32,000 nt of DNA from Candidatus Brevifilum fermentans (GCF_900184705.1 NZ_LT859958.1:230883-262882), one strand, 5' to 3'. Counted from the stretch's first letter, positions 17,052 through 26,615 are shown. Made by a program: numbers and translations. Notes: generated from the sequence alone by a model not told the origin.

Positions 17052-17548
17052 TAGAACACTCCATAAACTTTGCGGCGCAAATTAAAAACCATTGATTCAT
17101 ATCGCGCTCCTCGGGGAGAAAACAGCATGGTGCGGTTTTCGAGGGCTGTCGCTTCAAGTTGAACCCACAGGTGTTCGGCAGGAAGCGCGGCTTGGATCCG
17201 TTCAGCCCATTCAATCACAAGGATGCCCTGGGCGAGCATTCGGTCAAGATCCAGGATTTGGGCGTCTTGTGCGCTTTCCAAACGGTATGCATCCAGGTGG
17301 AAGAGCCGTTCCTGGTCGGGACGCCGGTATTCGTTTACGATCACATAAGACGGGCTTGTGACCGGATCAAGCGTGCCCCAACCGTCACCGATGCCCTGGA
17401 CGAGGGTGGTTTTTCCAGAACCCAGCTTGCCTGCCAGGCAGATGACATCACCCAGCCTGAGATATCCGCCCAGGTGGATACCCAACCGCCGGGTCTGCTC
17501 GGCGCTGTAGCTAAAAAATTCAAAGCTCAAGTCATCTAAGATAGGCAT
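17051..17548 (-). CDS. tsaE: tRNA t6A biosynthesis ATPase TsaE
   Basis: Walker A in the TsaE context (ICLAGKLGSGKTTLVQGI), SPSY..VNEY, HLDAYRL, IEW. 165 aa. Confidence 0.9.
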   Translation of the reverse strand: MPILDDLSFEFFSYSAEQTRRLGIHLGGYLRLGDVICLAGKLGSGKTTLVQGIGDGWGTLDPVTSPSYVIVNEYRRPDQERLFHLDAYRLESAQDAQILDLDRMLAQGILVIEWAERIQAALPAEHLWVQLEATALENRTMLFSPRGARYESMVFNLRRKVYGVF

Positions 17549-17593
17549 AAGGATTAAACAGTATCATATCAGATTCGTGTTCAATGAACAACC

Positions 17594-17830
17594 TCAGTGT
17601 TCTTTGCCTGGAGCGCCAGGTTGGTCCTGGTCCTGGGCGGAATCAGCGCTGTAGAGGATTTTTTTAAGCCGGTTTTTGAGCGCCCTCCGCTCAAGCATGA
17701 CCCGTCGCCCACAGGTGAGACATTCGATGCCAATATCGGCGCCGAGGCGCACCACGCGCCATTCGTACCCGCCGCAGGGATGCGGTTTACGCAGGCGTAA
17801 GATATCGCCAAGACCCAGTTCAGTCAGCAT
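17594..17830 (-). CDS. DUF951 family protein (small zinc-ribbon-like protein)
   Basis: 78 aa carrying the family pattern as I recall it: [42 protein letters not shown]. Confidence 0.75.
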   Translation of the reverse strand: MLTELGLGDILRLRKPHPCGGYEWRVVRLGADIGIECLTCGRRVMLERRALKNRLKKILYSADSAQDQDQPGAPGKEH

Positions 17831-17836
17831 GATTGG

Positions 17837-17845
17837 ATTATACCA
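17837..17845 (-). promoter_or_regulatory. Extended -10 promoter (TGgTATAAT) placed for a leaderless DUF951 transcript
   Basis: The minus strand reads ctggaTGGTATAATccaatcATG. A perfect TATAAT (17842-17837) is preceded by TGn, and only 6 nt separate it from the ATG at 17830. The predicted TSS therefore falls on or next to the start codon. There is no SD sequence and the -35 is weak. Confidence 0.35.
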
Positions 17846-17939
17846 TCCAGACGGGCAGGGTTTTTAAATCTCTCGACGATTTTTGGTACGCAACGCTTAG
17901 GGTTGATGTCCAGTTCCTGGTTTGGAAGCGTTCCCAGTC

Positions 17940-18623
17940 TTATTCAGGAATTTCTGCAGCTTCAGCCAGCAATTCCTGTAATCTGGGGTGGTTTGCATAA
18001 AAACCGCGGTATTCAGGTGGCAGCAGCATGGCGATCCGGCACATGATTTCATCGGTGTTTTGGGCTAACCAGGCCTGGCGGTTCTCGCGATCAAAATCGG
18101 GCAGGTGGTATGGATAACCTACACGAATTGTCACCGTTGGGCGACGGAACTTCATCCATTCATTGTAGACGCGCTCTGTGCCGACGATGCCAATGGGTAA
18201 AATTGGAACTGAAGCTTTGGCAGCCAGCATCGCGGCACCCTGTTTGCCTTCAAGCATGCCCACACCCTCATGACTGCGGGTGCCCTCCGGGGCAATGCCA
18301 ACCACACGTCCTTTTCGAAGCCAGTTAAGAACCTCGCGCAAAGCTGAAAAGTCGGTTGTTTCCCGATCCATCCAGACGATGTCGCCAATTTTTTCCAGGA
18401 CCCACCTGAAGAAAGGCTTTTTCTGGTATTTTTTAGCGACAATTGCCACCTTATCCATGCGTTGAGGAACGGCTATCAAAAAGGGCACATCCAGGCGGCT
18501 GATGTGATTGGTGGTCATCATCACTCCGCCTTGTGGAGGAATGCGCTCCCCATTGATGATTTGAAAGTGGGTTATTTTGTTGATCAAAAAGATGATCAGT
18601 TTGAATAAAGGTTTCTCAGGCAT
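17940..18623 (-). CDS. 1-acyl-sn-glycerol-3-phosphate acyltransferase-like (lysophospholipid acyltransferase)
   Basis: The HX4D motif is present (NHISRLD) along with APEGTRS and VPILPIGI, the blocks of the PlsC family. Confidence 0.85.
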   Translation of the reverse strand: MPEKPLFKLIIFLINKITHFQIINGERIPPQGGVMMTTNHISRLDVPFLIAVPQRMDKVAIVAKKYQKKPFFRWVLEKIGDIVWMDRETTDFSALREVLNWLRKGRVVGIAPEGTRSHEGVGMLEGKQGAAMLAAKASVPILPIGIVGTERVYNEWMKFRRPTVTIRVGYPYHLPDFDRENRQAWLAQNTDEIMCRIAMLLPPEYRGFYANHPRLQELLAEAAEIPE

Positions 18624-18665
18624 GGTGATTAATTTCCTCTATACGATCGTTAACAGGCATGTCTG

Positions 18666-19949
18666 CTATAAGTTGCCCTGATTGTGCCTTTCCGGATGAA
18701 CGCTTTCGGTTGCAGCCAGGGGATGTGGTTTTTCATTTCGCAAATGCTTGTTGATTAAAATCAGACCTATCACTGCCAGCACCAACATCAGGGTTACCGG
18801 TAAGTGGGAAAGCAAAGTTTGGGCGAAGGTAGGTTCTGCTTCTAAAATCAGCAAAGGTGCCACCCCTGAAATAAGCGCCAGAACATTCCAGAAGCCATGC
18901 AAGACAAATGCGCCCAGGGCGCTTAACCCAAGAGAGAGCCATTTTGAGTCGCGCCATGCCCTTGATAATCCCCAACCCATCATACCCGAAGCAAGCATGT
19001 GCAATACGCCCGTCCCAGCCCGACTGATGGCCATGATTAACCAATCTTCCGTGTTAATGACGTTGGTAAAATACAGCACGTTTTCCATCAAAGCAAAACC
19101 TGCGCCACACAACAGTCCGCCCACAAAACCCTCCTGCGGGGTGATTTTGCGACCAGCCAGTGGCCATAAACTCAGGGGCTTGATCACCTCTTCAATGATT
19201 GGGGCGATACCGCCGAAAATTGCCAATCCCCAGAAAATGACGCTTGGCTGCAGGAGAAGGGGCTTGAGGAAGTCAAGTATGGCGTCTAAATCCTGGTCCA
19301 ACATCATTAGCTGTTCAACCAGTCCCAATAATTGCTGCTCAAGTTGTGGATTGGCGTTAATACGAAAACCCAGCCCGATGCCCCCGATGCCAGCCAGGAT
19401 CAGGATGGCCAGCAGTTCCAGGACAACCACCAGGAATGGCAGCATGACGATACTGATCCCAAAAACCCGCCATTTTCTTGCCTGGGATCCGCCGGCAAAA
19501 CCTCTTTGAGCAGCCTGGTAGATCCATAAGATGGGAATTCCGGCAACCAGAATGTTGATCGGACCCAACAGGATCACAGCCACATTTTCCAATCGGGCGA
19601 TCAGCCAACCCAATAAAACCACGACAGGCCAGATCAGGATCACCCAGCGAGCAGCTTTTGCTAAAACGGGATGGTTCAGATCCAGCCAAGTCAGCGAGGG
19701 TTTTCCTCGCAGTTGATTGATGCTGAGCAGTAAAAGTGGGAGGAGCAACACACCGCCCAAGATCGACGTCCAGAAGAGCAACCCGATGGGCATGCTCTGT
19801 GAGAAACTCATCCGTGAATCTAAAACAAACAGCAGCCAGGCAACGCCTGTTGAGAAGGCTTGCACAGCAAACAACAGGATGCCCAGGATGCTGGCCAGCA
19901 GGGTCAGTATCACCTGCCAATTTTTACCCGGTGTTAGCTGTTCTGTCAT
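18666..19949 (-). CDS. PrsW-family intramembrane glutamic/metallo-protease-like membrane protein
   Basis: 427-aa polytopic protein with the PrsW-type motifs EEVIKP (EExxK), GAGFALMENVLY (GFAxxEN) and HGFWN (HxxxN). Assignment to PrsW versus CPBP rests on motif recall only. Confidence 0.7.
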   Translation of the reverse strand: MTEQLTPGKNWQVILTLLASILGILLFAVQAFSTGVAWLLFVLDSRMSFSQSMPIGLLFWTSILGGVLLLPLLLLSINQLRGKPSLTWLDLNHPVLAKAARWVILIWPVVVLLGWLIARLENVAVILLGPINILVAGIPILWIYQAAQRGFAGGSQARKWRVFGISIVMLPFLVVVLELLAILILAGIGGIGLGFRINANPQLEQQLLGLVEQLMMLDQDLDAILDFLKPLLLQPSVIFWGLAIFGGIAPIIEEVIKPLSLWPLAGRKITPQEGFVGGLLCGAGFALMENVLYFTNVINTEDWLIMAISRAGTGVLHMLASGMMGWGLSRAWRDSKWLSLGLSALGAFVLHGFWNVLALISGVAPLLILEAEPTFAQTLLSHLPVTLMLVLAVIGLILINKHLRNEKPHPLAATESVHPERHNQGNL

Positions 19950-19969
19950 TTAATGTTGGCCCGTGACGG

Positions 19970-21244
19970 TTATTTTTTAATGATCTCAATGCCATTGATG
20001 ATGGTGGCATCTTCAAAGCCAACCGCGGTTTGTGGATCTCGGAGGGCGATCAGATCTAATATGGGCATACTGTCCTCGGTTACCTGGCCGAAGATCGTGA
20101 AACCACCGTCCAGGGAGGGAGTGGGCGCCAGGGTGATGAAAAATTGGCTGCCGTTCGTGTCGGGACCGGCATTCGCCATGGCAAACAGCCCATTGCGATC
20201 AAACGAAAGGTCGTCCTTGGTCTCATTGACGAAGGTGTATCCAGGCCCGATTATTCCAAGGCCAGAGGGGTCGCCCGCCTGAGCAACGAAGCCCGGGAGA
20301 ACCCGGTGGAAATAGACATCGTCATACCAACCACTTTGCGCCAGGAAGACAAAGGAGTTAACTGCAATCGGGGCGACATCGGCAAAAAGTTCGATGTCAA
20401 TTTCACCCGCGCTGGTGTTCAACCGGGCCATATAAGAAGCTTCAGGATCGATGACCCAGGCAGGGCACTCCAGGGTACCGCCGAATTCGTACGCCCCGAG
20501 CAGACCGAAAAGGTTGGGTTTATTATCGCGATAAATCCGGTCGTTCACGACCACGGTTGGTGTGTAATTCATGCCAATGGCAAACCGCTCTTCGGTGAGC
20601 TGTTCAATCCAGGCTCTTTTTTCCGGATTGAGAAGGTCTTTCGTAAACTGGTCCACATCCAGTTCCCAACCCTCGGCGACCTCCTGGACCCAATCGACAA
20701 ATTCATCTTCCGTCATCTGGTTCCAGTAACCCTGATACAGATACAACAAGTCGTGCATTTCCCAGAATTTCCCCTGGGCGCCTGCTGCCTCGGCAGCTAA
20801 GCCCGCGATAAAGGCTTTATCATGGATGGATGGCAGGGGTAAATGCCGGAAGGCTAGCTTAACCGCATTGGGAAAATTTTGACGTAAAAAGTCCGTCAAG
20901 TGTGAAAATTGTACACAGGCTGGACATTGAAAATCGGCGTATTCGATGATTGTAATCGGGGCGTCCGGATTCCCCCGCACCCAGTCCTCATCGGATAACG
21001 GTGGGAGTTGATCAATGACCGCCTGGTAATAATCGGTTTCAGGGGAGGTTGTGTAATCATATGCTGCGGAACAGGGCATGCGGTCCGTCTGATCTTCCGA
21101 ATCACGTTCAGGCGTGATCTGCGGTGGCGGATCCTTGATTACAGGGATGGCTTCAGATGTTTGCTGGGGTTCAACAGCTTTAGGAGCACAGGCTGCGATT
21201 AGCAAGGCGCCGATTAATAATGTAAACATCGTCTTTTTTAGCAT
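19970..21244 (-). CDS. Exported lipoprotein fusing a DsbA-like thiol:disulfide oxidoreductase domain to a cyclophilin-type peptidyl-prolyl isomerase domain
   Basis: I chose the start at M41 of the ORF-track protein (ATG 21244, GAAAGG upstream). It yields the signal/lipobox MLKKTMFTLLIGALLIAAC and removes the overlap with tmk. The DsbA/Thioredoxin_4 pattern is PITIIEYADFQCPACVQF...AAEAAGAQGKFWEMHDLLY. The cyclophilin pattern is FHRVLPGFVAQAGDP...FAMANAGPDTNGSQFFITL...FTIFGQV. Confidence 0.85.
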   Translation of the reverse strand: MLKKTMFTLLIGALLIAACAPKAVEPQQTSEAIPVIKDPPPQITPERDSEDQTDRMPCSAAYDYTTSPETDYYQAVIDQLPPLSDEDWVRGNPDAPITIIEYADFQCPACVQFSHLTDFLRQNFPNAVKLAFRHLPLPSIHDKAFIAGLAAEAAGAQGKFWEMHDLLYLYQGYWNQMTEDEFVDWVQEVAEGWELDVDQFTKDLLNPEKRAWIEQLTEERFAIGMNYTPTVVVNDRIYRDNKPNLFGLLGAYEFGGTLECPAWVIDPEASYMARLNTSAGEIDIELFADVAPIAVNSFVFLAQSGWYDDVYFHRVLPGFVAQAGDPSGLGIIGPGYTFVNETKDDLSFDRNGLFAMANAGPDTNGSQFFITLAPTPSLDGGFTIFGQVTEDSMPILDLIALRDPQTAVGFEDATIINGIEIIKK

Positions 21245-21311
21245 TTCAAACCTTTCTTCGTGGGTGTATTTGCCAGTTAACCCTGGAGACCTGCCAAACA
21301 GGGTGAGTCCT

Positions 21312-21932
21312 TTACCCTCCCCCCAGCCGACTGGTAACCGCTGTTTGCAAGGCTTTCTGGACACTGTCTTTATCTTTCGTTGCGTCGATGATCACCCATC
21401 GCGCGGGTTCTGCTTCTGCCAGGGCAAAATAACCCTGCCGGACGCGTTCGTGGAATGCCAGCGTATAAGCATCCAGCCGGTTCCATTCGGTGCTGTTGAC
21501 GCGCTTACGTTCCATTCCCACTTCAACGGGAACATCCACCAGCAGGGTCAGATCGGGTTTCAGTCCACCGGTGGAAAAATCAAGCAGCATTTGCAGTGTG
21601 TCCAGGTCGATTTGATGACCAAATCCCTGGTACGCCAGGGTGGAATCGCCGAAGCGATCACACAAGACAATCTTCCCTGCTGCCAGCGCTGGGCGGATGA
21701 GCTCTTCCACGTGCTGGGCGCGGGCTGCCAGGAACAGTAAGATCTCGGTGCGTGGGGTAATAGATACGTTTTTGAGGTTCATCAAGACTTCACGAATCTG
21801 GTTGCCGACGGGGGTGCCGCCGGGTTCCCGGGTGAGAACAACCTCGTAACCCGCATCCTGTAAAAACTCTTTTAGCGCAGGCAGTTGAGATGTCTTCCCG
21901 CTGCCATCGGGTCCTTCCAAGGTGATAAACAT
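21312..21932 (-). CDS. tmk: dTMP (thymidylate) kinase
   Basis: MFITLEGPDGSGKTSQ P-loop, TREPGGT, and the DRF motif (LCDRFGDSTLAYQG). 206 aa. Confidence 0.9.
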   Translation of the reverse strand: MFITLEGPDGSGKTSQLPALKEFLQDAGYEVVLTREPGGTPVGNQIREVLMNLKNVSITPRTEILLFLAARAQHVEELIRPALAAGKIVLCDRFGDSTLAYQGFGHQIDLDTLQMLLDFSTGGLKPDLTLLVDVPVEVGMERKRVNSTEWNRLDAYTLAFHERVRQGYFALAEAEPARWVIIDATKDKDSVQKALQTAVTSRLGGG

Positions 21933-21934
21933 GG

Positions 21935-23566
21935 TTATTCTCTAAATATCCTCACGTGCCGATTGGGTTCTTTACCATATGAATGCGAGACAAGGTCAGC
22001 CTGGCGTGCCATTTCGTGCTGTAAACGGCGAATTGTGGACGAGGCGGGCGCCAGGTCAATCCAGCGCTCGCCGTTCAACACGGCTTCGATGGCAGCCTGG
22101 GTTTGATCGACAACAGTGCGATCCTGCCCGGATATCTCCTCGACGCTGGCCAGGTTGAACACATCGACTAAAAATTGCTCTAATTGCTGGCTGGTGTTCG
22201 AGCGTAAGACAAAAATGGGCATTTTACGCTGTTCTGCCTCGACAATGGGCTGCTGGCGCTCGCGATAATAACGGCGCAGTGTCAACAGGGCATCTGCTTC
22301 TTTCAACTCACGTACGATTCGGGCGGGTACATTCAGCAGTTTTGCTGCCTGGGTCAGCCGATTGCGCGCCACCCCGAATGGGAAAATGTTGATCGGCTTC
22401 AACGGTTGTGTCTCCATCTCCGCCAATGCCAGGGGAGGGGTTGCGCCTGCGAGTATCCCAACCTCGCTGCGCTGATTGCCAGTCGAACGGCTGAAGGGCA
22501 TCGTTTCTCGTTTGCCTGCCCTGCTTACAGCCTGGGCGGCTGTGCTGATCTTTGGAACAACCGGTTTTTGCGTATGGATTCGATTTTGCTCATCACGATA
22601 GCGGATTTCCGGCGGAAGCGGGTAGCCCCGTAAAAGTGCGTCCACAGCCGCAGAGACATCGTTTTGTACGGCAACTCGGTTCCGGTCCTGGATCTCGACC
22701 AGCATATCAAAGGTTGCTGGTGCGCGGCGTTCAAGAACGGTCTTTTGGGTGCCGCGCCGGCGGGCTTCCTCATCGGAAAGGGTAACGGATTCAATTCCGC
22801 CCACCAGATCAGACAGGGTGGGGTTGAGCAGGAGGTTTTCTAGGGTGTTGCCATGGGCGGTGCCGATCAGTTGAACCCCACGTTCTGCAATAGTACGGGC
22901 TGCCATGGCTTCCAGTTCTCTGCCGATCTCATCGATGACGATCACCTCGGGGTTGTGATTTTCCACAGCCTCGATCATCACCTCGTGCTGGAGAGAAGGT
23001 TTGGCCACCTGCATTCGGCGAGCAGAGCCAATCGCCGGATGGGGGACATCCCCGTCGCCGCCAATTTCGTTGCTGGTGTCCACGATGATCACGCGGGATT
23101 TTTCTGCCAGGATACGGGCTGTCTCCCGCAGGATGGTGGTTTTGCCCACTCCCGGTCGTCCGAGGATGAGGATGCTGGCGCCGGATTCAATTAAATCCTG
23201 GATGATATCGCTGGTACCATAAACTGCGCGGCCGATCCGACAGGTCAATCCGATGACTTCCTGGCGCCGGTTGCGAATGGCTGAAATTCGGTGCAGGGTG
23301 CGCTCGATACCGGCACGGTTATCGGCATCAAACTCGCTGATGGAACGCGTGACGGCTTTGATATCGTCGTAGGTGATCTCTTGCTCGCTGAGAACCACCT
23401 CACGGTTTACGAAACGCGCCTTTGGTAGCCTCCCTAAATCCATGACCACTTCGAGTAAATTATCGCTGTCATCCAGCTCACGTAAAACCGCAGAAATTTG
23501 CTGTGGCAGGATGTCCAGCAGCAAATCAAGATCATCTGTAATTTTTTCGTGTTTTTGCATATTCAA
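21935..23566 (-). CDS. Ycf45/SpoIIIAA-like AAA ATPase with C-terminal R3H nucleic-acid-binding domain
   Basis: Walker [17 protein letters not shown], Walker [13 protein letters not shown], and the C-terminal R3H-like [29 protein letters not shown]. Its stop is 2 nt from the tmk start. Confidence 0.8.
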   Translation of the reverse strand: MNMQKHEKITDDLDLLLDILPQQISAVLRELDDSDNLLEVVMDLGRLPKARFVNREVVLSEQEITYDDIKAVTRSISEFDADNRAGIERTLHRISAIRNRRQEVIGLTCRIGRAVYGTSDIIQDLIESGASILILGRPGVGKTTILRETARILAEKSRVIIVDTSNEIGGDGDVPHPAIGSARRMQVAKPSLQHEVMIEAVENHNPEVIVIDEIGRELEAMAARTIAERGVQLIGTAHGNTLENLLLNPTLSDLVGGIESVTLSDEEARRRGTQKTVLERRAPATFDMLVEIQDRNRVAVQNDVSAAVDALLRGYPLPPEIRYRDEQNRIHTQKPVVPKISTAAQAVSRAGKRETMPFSRSTGNQRSEVGILAGATPPLALAEMETQPLKPINIFPFGVARNRLTQAAKLLNVPARIVRELKEADALLTLRRYYRERQQPIVEAEQRKMPIFVLRSNTSQQLEQFLVDVFNLASVEEISGQDRTVVDQTQAAIEAVLNGERWIDLAPASSTIRRLQHEMARQADLVSHSYGKEPNRHVRIFRE

Positions 23567-23678
23567 ATTATTTTCTTTTCCGTAAAATTGATGCCGGGGA
23601 AGGTTACCTCAACATCACCTTTAATTCTATCCTAAATTGATGAATGTTGGCTCTGTGTGCAACTCGACAGCCCGGGTT

Positions 23679-24674
23679 TTATTCCCGGGAAGATTCGATC
23701 GATGCAATTGGAAGGGTCGGCTCACGATTGCCGTTTTCAAACGCTGGATATGAAAACTCGGTCTTAACCCGTTGGCGGTGTGCCATATAGCGCACCAGCA
23801 AGGCCTGTGCAGGGAGCACCCGAACAGCGCGTTCGCACAATGCAGGTTCTAACCAGGGCTGGTAGGAGCGTGAGGTGATAAAGACCGGGCGCCCATGCAG
23901 GTCAGGCAATGCCAGCAGCAATTGCTCCAGCAGTTCGGTCATTTCAATCCTGGCTTGCGGGTTGACGACGGGCAATACCCATACCCCAACCGGACCGTAG
24001 ACCAGGTCTGCATAAGCTTGCAGATCGCCCTTTGACGTGTAATGCACCAGACCGAGCATCTCCTGGCGGGAAAGGAATTCCACGGATTGCACCAAAGGCG
24101 GCACCAGGGTGTAGTACAGGTTGCGCATCCCCGTTACATCTGTGCTTGACCAAATCCGCCAGCCTGAAGAGCGCTGATGGCGGGCTTGCCCTGGCGGGGC
24201 ACATTGATAGACATTTTGCTGGGCTAAAACTGAGAAACCTGCCTGACGAAAGTGTGGAAGGAGGGGCGAATCTGTGAAAACTTCTGCCACGACCTGTTTT
24301 GCACCCCAGCCACCGGCTTTTTTCACCAGCGCCTCCAGCAAGGGCACCAGGCAGTGTGAATCCCCCCGGGTTGGCGCGAGCAGGTAGTTAATCTGGGCGC
24401 TGCTCATCTTTGAGGACTGGTAAATTTGGGCAATACAGCGCTCCTGGTCACCTTCAGATTGAAAAACGCCGGTAAAACGGTGATCGGCTGGGTGAATTGC
24501 AATCAGGAGGTGACTTAGAGAGAGGGGTTTGCCGTGGGTGAGGTGCAGAATGTTGTCCAGGCAGGTGAGTTCTCGGCGATGACGATAAAGATATAACCAG
24601 TCACTCCAGAGGATTGCACGCTCGCTCATGTCCTTACGATACTCACAAAAATAAGTTAAAAGGGGGATCGACAT
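23679..24674 (-). CDS. Hypothetical protein, possible degenerate tandem GNAT-like fold
   Basis: 331-aa ORF with coding-like composition. The segment LAPTRGDSHCLVPLLEALVKKAGGWGAKQVVAEVFTDSPLLPHFRQAGFSV has the beta4-alpha3-beta5-alpha4 spacing of GNAT acetyltransferases, but the R/QxxGxG/A loop is not conserved. The start is uncertain because the ATG at 24674 has no clear RBS. Confidence 0.55.
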   Translation of the reverse strand: MSIPLLTYFCEYRKDMSERAILWSDWLYLYRHRRELTCLDNILHLTHGKPLSLSHLLIAIHPADHRFTGVFQSEGDQERCIAQIYQSSKMSSAQINYLLAPTRGDSHCLVPLLEALVKKAGGWGAKQVVAEVFTDSPLLPHFRQAGFSVLAQQNVYQCAPPGQARHQRSSGWRIWSSTDVTGMRNLYYTLVPPLVQSVEFLSRQEMLGLVHYTSKGDLQAYADLVYGPVGVWVLPVVNPQARIEMTELLEQLLLALPDLHGRPVFITSRSYQPWLEPALCERAVRVLPAQALLVRYMAHRQRVKTEFSYPAFENGNREPTLPIASIESSRE

Positions 24675-24693
24675 TCATTGCCTGATTAACACC

Positions 24694-24723
24694 GCTTCCC
24701 AGCCTTTCTATATGCTGGGAAGC
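24694..24723 (-). terminator. Perfect 10-bp hairpin downstream of pdxS (terminator or processing/regulatory stem)
   Basis: gcttcccagc (24694-24703) and gctgggaagc (24714-24723) are exact reverse complements with a 10-nt loop. The hairpin lies 66 nt after the pdxS stop and 20 nt before the next gene's start. No U-tract follows on the minus strand, so it is not a canonical intrinsic terminator. Confidence 0.3.
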
Positions 24724-24788
24724 AAGCCTGTCTTTATCGGGCAGGATCATCAATGTCGATGTCCATCTTTAGATTAATTCTGGACGAA

Positions 24789-25676
24789 TTACCAGCCACG
24801 GGTGGAAAGCATGTCGGAATCGGAGAGATCTGCCACCTGGCGTCCCACCATGGCTTCACCCAGGTTACGGCTGATTTCAGCCAGAACCCGGGGGTTATCA
24901 TAATTGGCGGCGGCTTTGACAATGGCTGCAGCCCGCTTTGCCGGGTCACCGGACTTAAAAATGCCCGAACCCACAAAGATGCCATCCACACCCAGTTGCA
25001 TCATTAAGGCAGCATCGGCAGGTGTTGCAATACCGCCGGCAGCAAAGTTGACGACGGGCAGGTGTCCAAGCTGGCGCACCGCTTTGACCAGTTCATAGGG
25101 TGCGCCGATATCTTTCGCGTAGGTCATCAACTCTTCTTCAGGCATATTTTGCAGACGCTTAATCTCGCCCAGTACGCTGCGCGCATGGCGAACCGCTTCG
25201 ACCACATCGCCGGTGCCGGGTTCACCCTTCGTGCGCAACATGGCTGCACCTTCGCCCAGTCGGCGTAAGGCTTCACCCAGGTTACGGCATCCGCACACAA
25301 AAGGGACTTTAAAAACGTGTTTGTTGATGTGATAGGCTTCATCGGCGGGGGTTAACACCTCAGATTCATCGATAAAGTCCACGCCGAGGGATTCCAAAAT
25401 TTGAGCTTCAACAAAATGTCCGATGCGACATTTAGCCATCACCGGGATAGAAACCGCATCCATGATCTGGATAATTAACTCGGGGTCGCTCATACGGGCA
25501 ACTCCGCCGTGGGCGCGAATGTCTGCGGGAACGCGCTCCAACGCCATTACTGCGACGGCACCAGCATCTTCAGCGATCTTCGCTTGATCGGGCGTGACCA
25601 CATCCATGATCACCCCGCCTTTTAGTTTCTGTGCCAGGCTTTTTTTAACCTCAAAAGCCGCAATTTGTTGTTCCAT
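24789..25676 (-). CDS. pdxS: Pyridoxal 5'-phosphate synthase, lyase subunit PdxS
   Basis: Highly conserved PdxS sequence throughout ([77 protein letters not shown]). GGAGG lies upstream of the ATG. Confidence 0.95.
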   Translation of the reverse strand: MEQQIAAFEVKKSLAQKLKGGVIMDVVTPDQAKIAEDAGAVAVMALERVPADIRAHGGVARMSDPELIIQIMDAVSIPVMAKCRIGHFVEAQILESLGVDFIDESEVLTPADEAYHINKHVFKVPFVCGCRNLGEALRRLGEGAAMLRTKGEPGTGDVVEAVRHARSVLGEIKRLQNMPEEELMTYAKDIGAPYELVKAVRQLGHLPVVNFAAGGIATPADAALMMQLGVDGIFVGSGIFKSGDPAKRAAAIVKAAANYDNPRVLAEISRNLGEAMVGRQVADLSDSDMLSTRGW

Positions 25677-26108
25677 AGAGCCTCCAAAAGATAAATAGTT
25701 ATAAAAATTCTACCACGCGCAGAGATGTCCGACAACTGAAGCCGTGGTATAAATCGTTCCGAAACACTAAACTTTTGGTGATACAGTTTTTTATGTTTTG
25801 TCAATATTTTTGTGTCGTCCAGGATGTAATATTGCGTTGCATGTGCGGAGTATTTTTTCAATTGCTTTACGAAATTGCAATAATTTCAGTTTTCTCGCTT
25901 AAGATTTGGGGATATTGCACAGCGGATGTTGCCCCCATTTCGTTATTGTTTTTAGCAGTCCAATTTTCCAACCAGTATTTCAATCTCTTGCAGTGGCGCT
26001 ATAAGAGCTTTTATCTTTTAGGGGTATCTTGATAGCATTCTTATCGGAAATCTATATTAAGCTCGATTTTTCATCTTCTCGCTATGGAAATAGCGATAAA
26101 CATGGTAT

Positions 26109-26615
26109 TTACTTTCCCAGCAATTCCTTGTAGATTTCATAATCATTATCTGAAAAACAACAAAACATCACTTTCTCTAATGAGTGATCTGACTGAATGA
26201 AATCCTTTACTGTTTGGACGGCTATTTGAGCTGCAGGGCGGTTGGGATAGCCATATACCCCGGTACTTATACAAGGGAAAGCGATCGTTTTTATGTGATG
26301 CTCAACCGCCAATGAAAGGCTTTTACGGTAACAGGATGCCAAAAGCTGTGACTCTCCCTGTGCCCCGCCATACCAGACGGGGCCAACCGTGTGAATGACA
26401 TACCGGGCTGGCAGGTTGTATCCGGCAGTAATTTTTGCGTCTCCAGTCTGGCAGCCATTTAATTTTCGACATTCTTCCAAAAGACGCGGGCCTGCAGCCC
26501 GATGGATGGCGCCATCAACACCACCGCCACCCAGCAGCGTTGTGTTAGCAGCATTTACAATGGCATCGACTTTAAGCATTGTAATGTCAGCCTTAATACA
26601 ATCCAAAATTGTCAT
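26109..26615 (-). CDS. Macro-domain protein (O-acetyl-ADP-ribose deacetylase / ADP-ribose hydrolase, YmdB-like)
   Basis: [37 protein letters not shown] and [13 protein letters not shown] are the canonical MacroD/YmdB motifs. GAAGGTG RBS. The gene is markedly AT-rich relative to the window. Confidence 0.9.
   Translation of the reverse strand: MTILDCIKADITMLKVDAIVNAANTTLLGGGGVDGAIHRAAGPRLLEECRKLNGCQTGDAKITAGYNLPARYVIHTVGPVWYGGAQGESQLLASCYRKSLSLAVEHHIKTIAFPCISTGVYGYPNRPAAQIAVQTVKDFIQSDHSLEKVMFCCFSDNDYEIYKELLGK

Noticed and set aside
21245-21364. The 40-codon N-terminal extension of the DsbA-cyclophilin ORF, overlapping the tmk 3' end by 53 nt
   Set aside because: The internal ATG at 21244 has an RBS and immediately yields a signal peptide with lipobox. 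The extension has no signal-like features and would bury the lipobox.
24675-24788. Missing pdxT next to pdxS, considered as an anomaly
   Set aside because: pdxS and pdxT are unlinked in many genomes. The 114-bp gap only holds a hairpin. This is not evidence of gene loss.
25775-26032. 85-aa plus-strand ORF in the pdxS-macro spacer
   Set aside because: Its F/C/L/I/V-rich composition simply reflects T-rich DNA. It has no RBS and no motif, so it is most likely non-coding spacer.
26079-26096. Small hairpins after the macro-domain gene (TCGCTAT-ggaa-ATAGCGA, 26079-26096) and after the SpoU gene (ATGCCAAT-tcttt-ATTGGCAT, 26779-26799), considered as intrinsic terminators
   Set aside because: The stems are short and AT-rich, and on the transcribed (minus) strand they are not followed by a U-tract. 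They may still be weak terminators, but the support is insufficient to list them as features.
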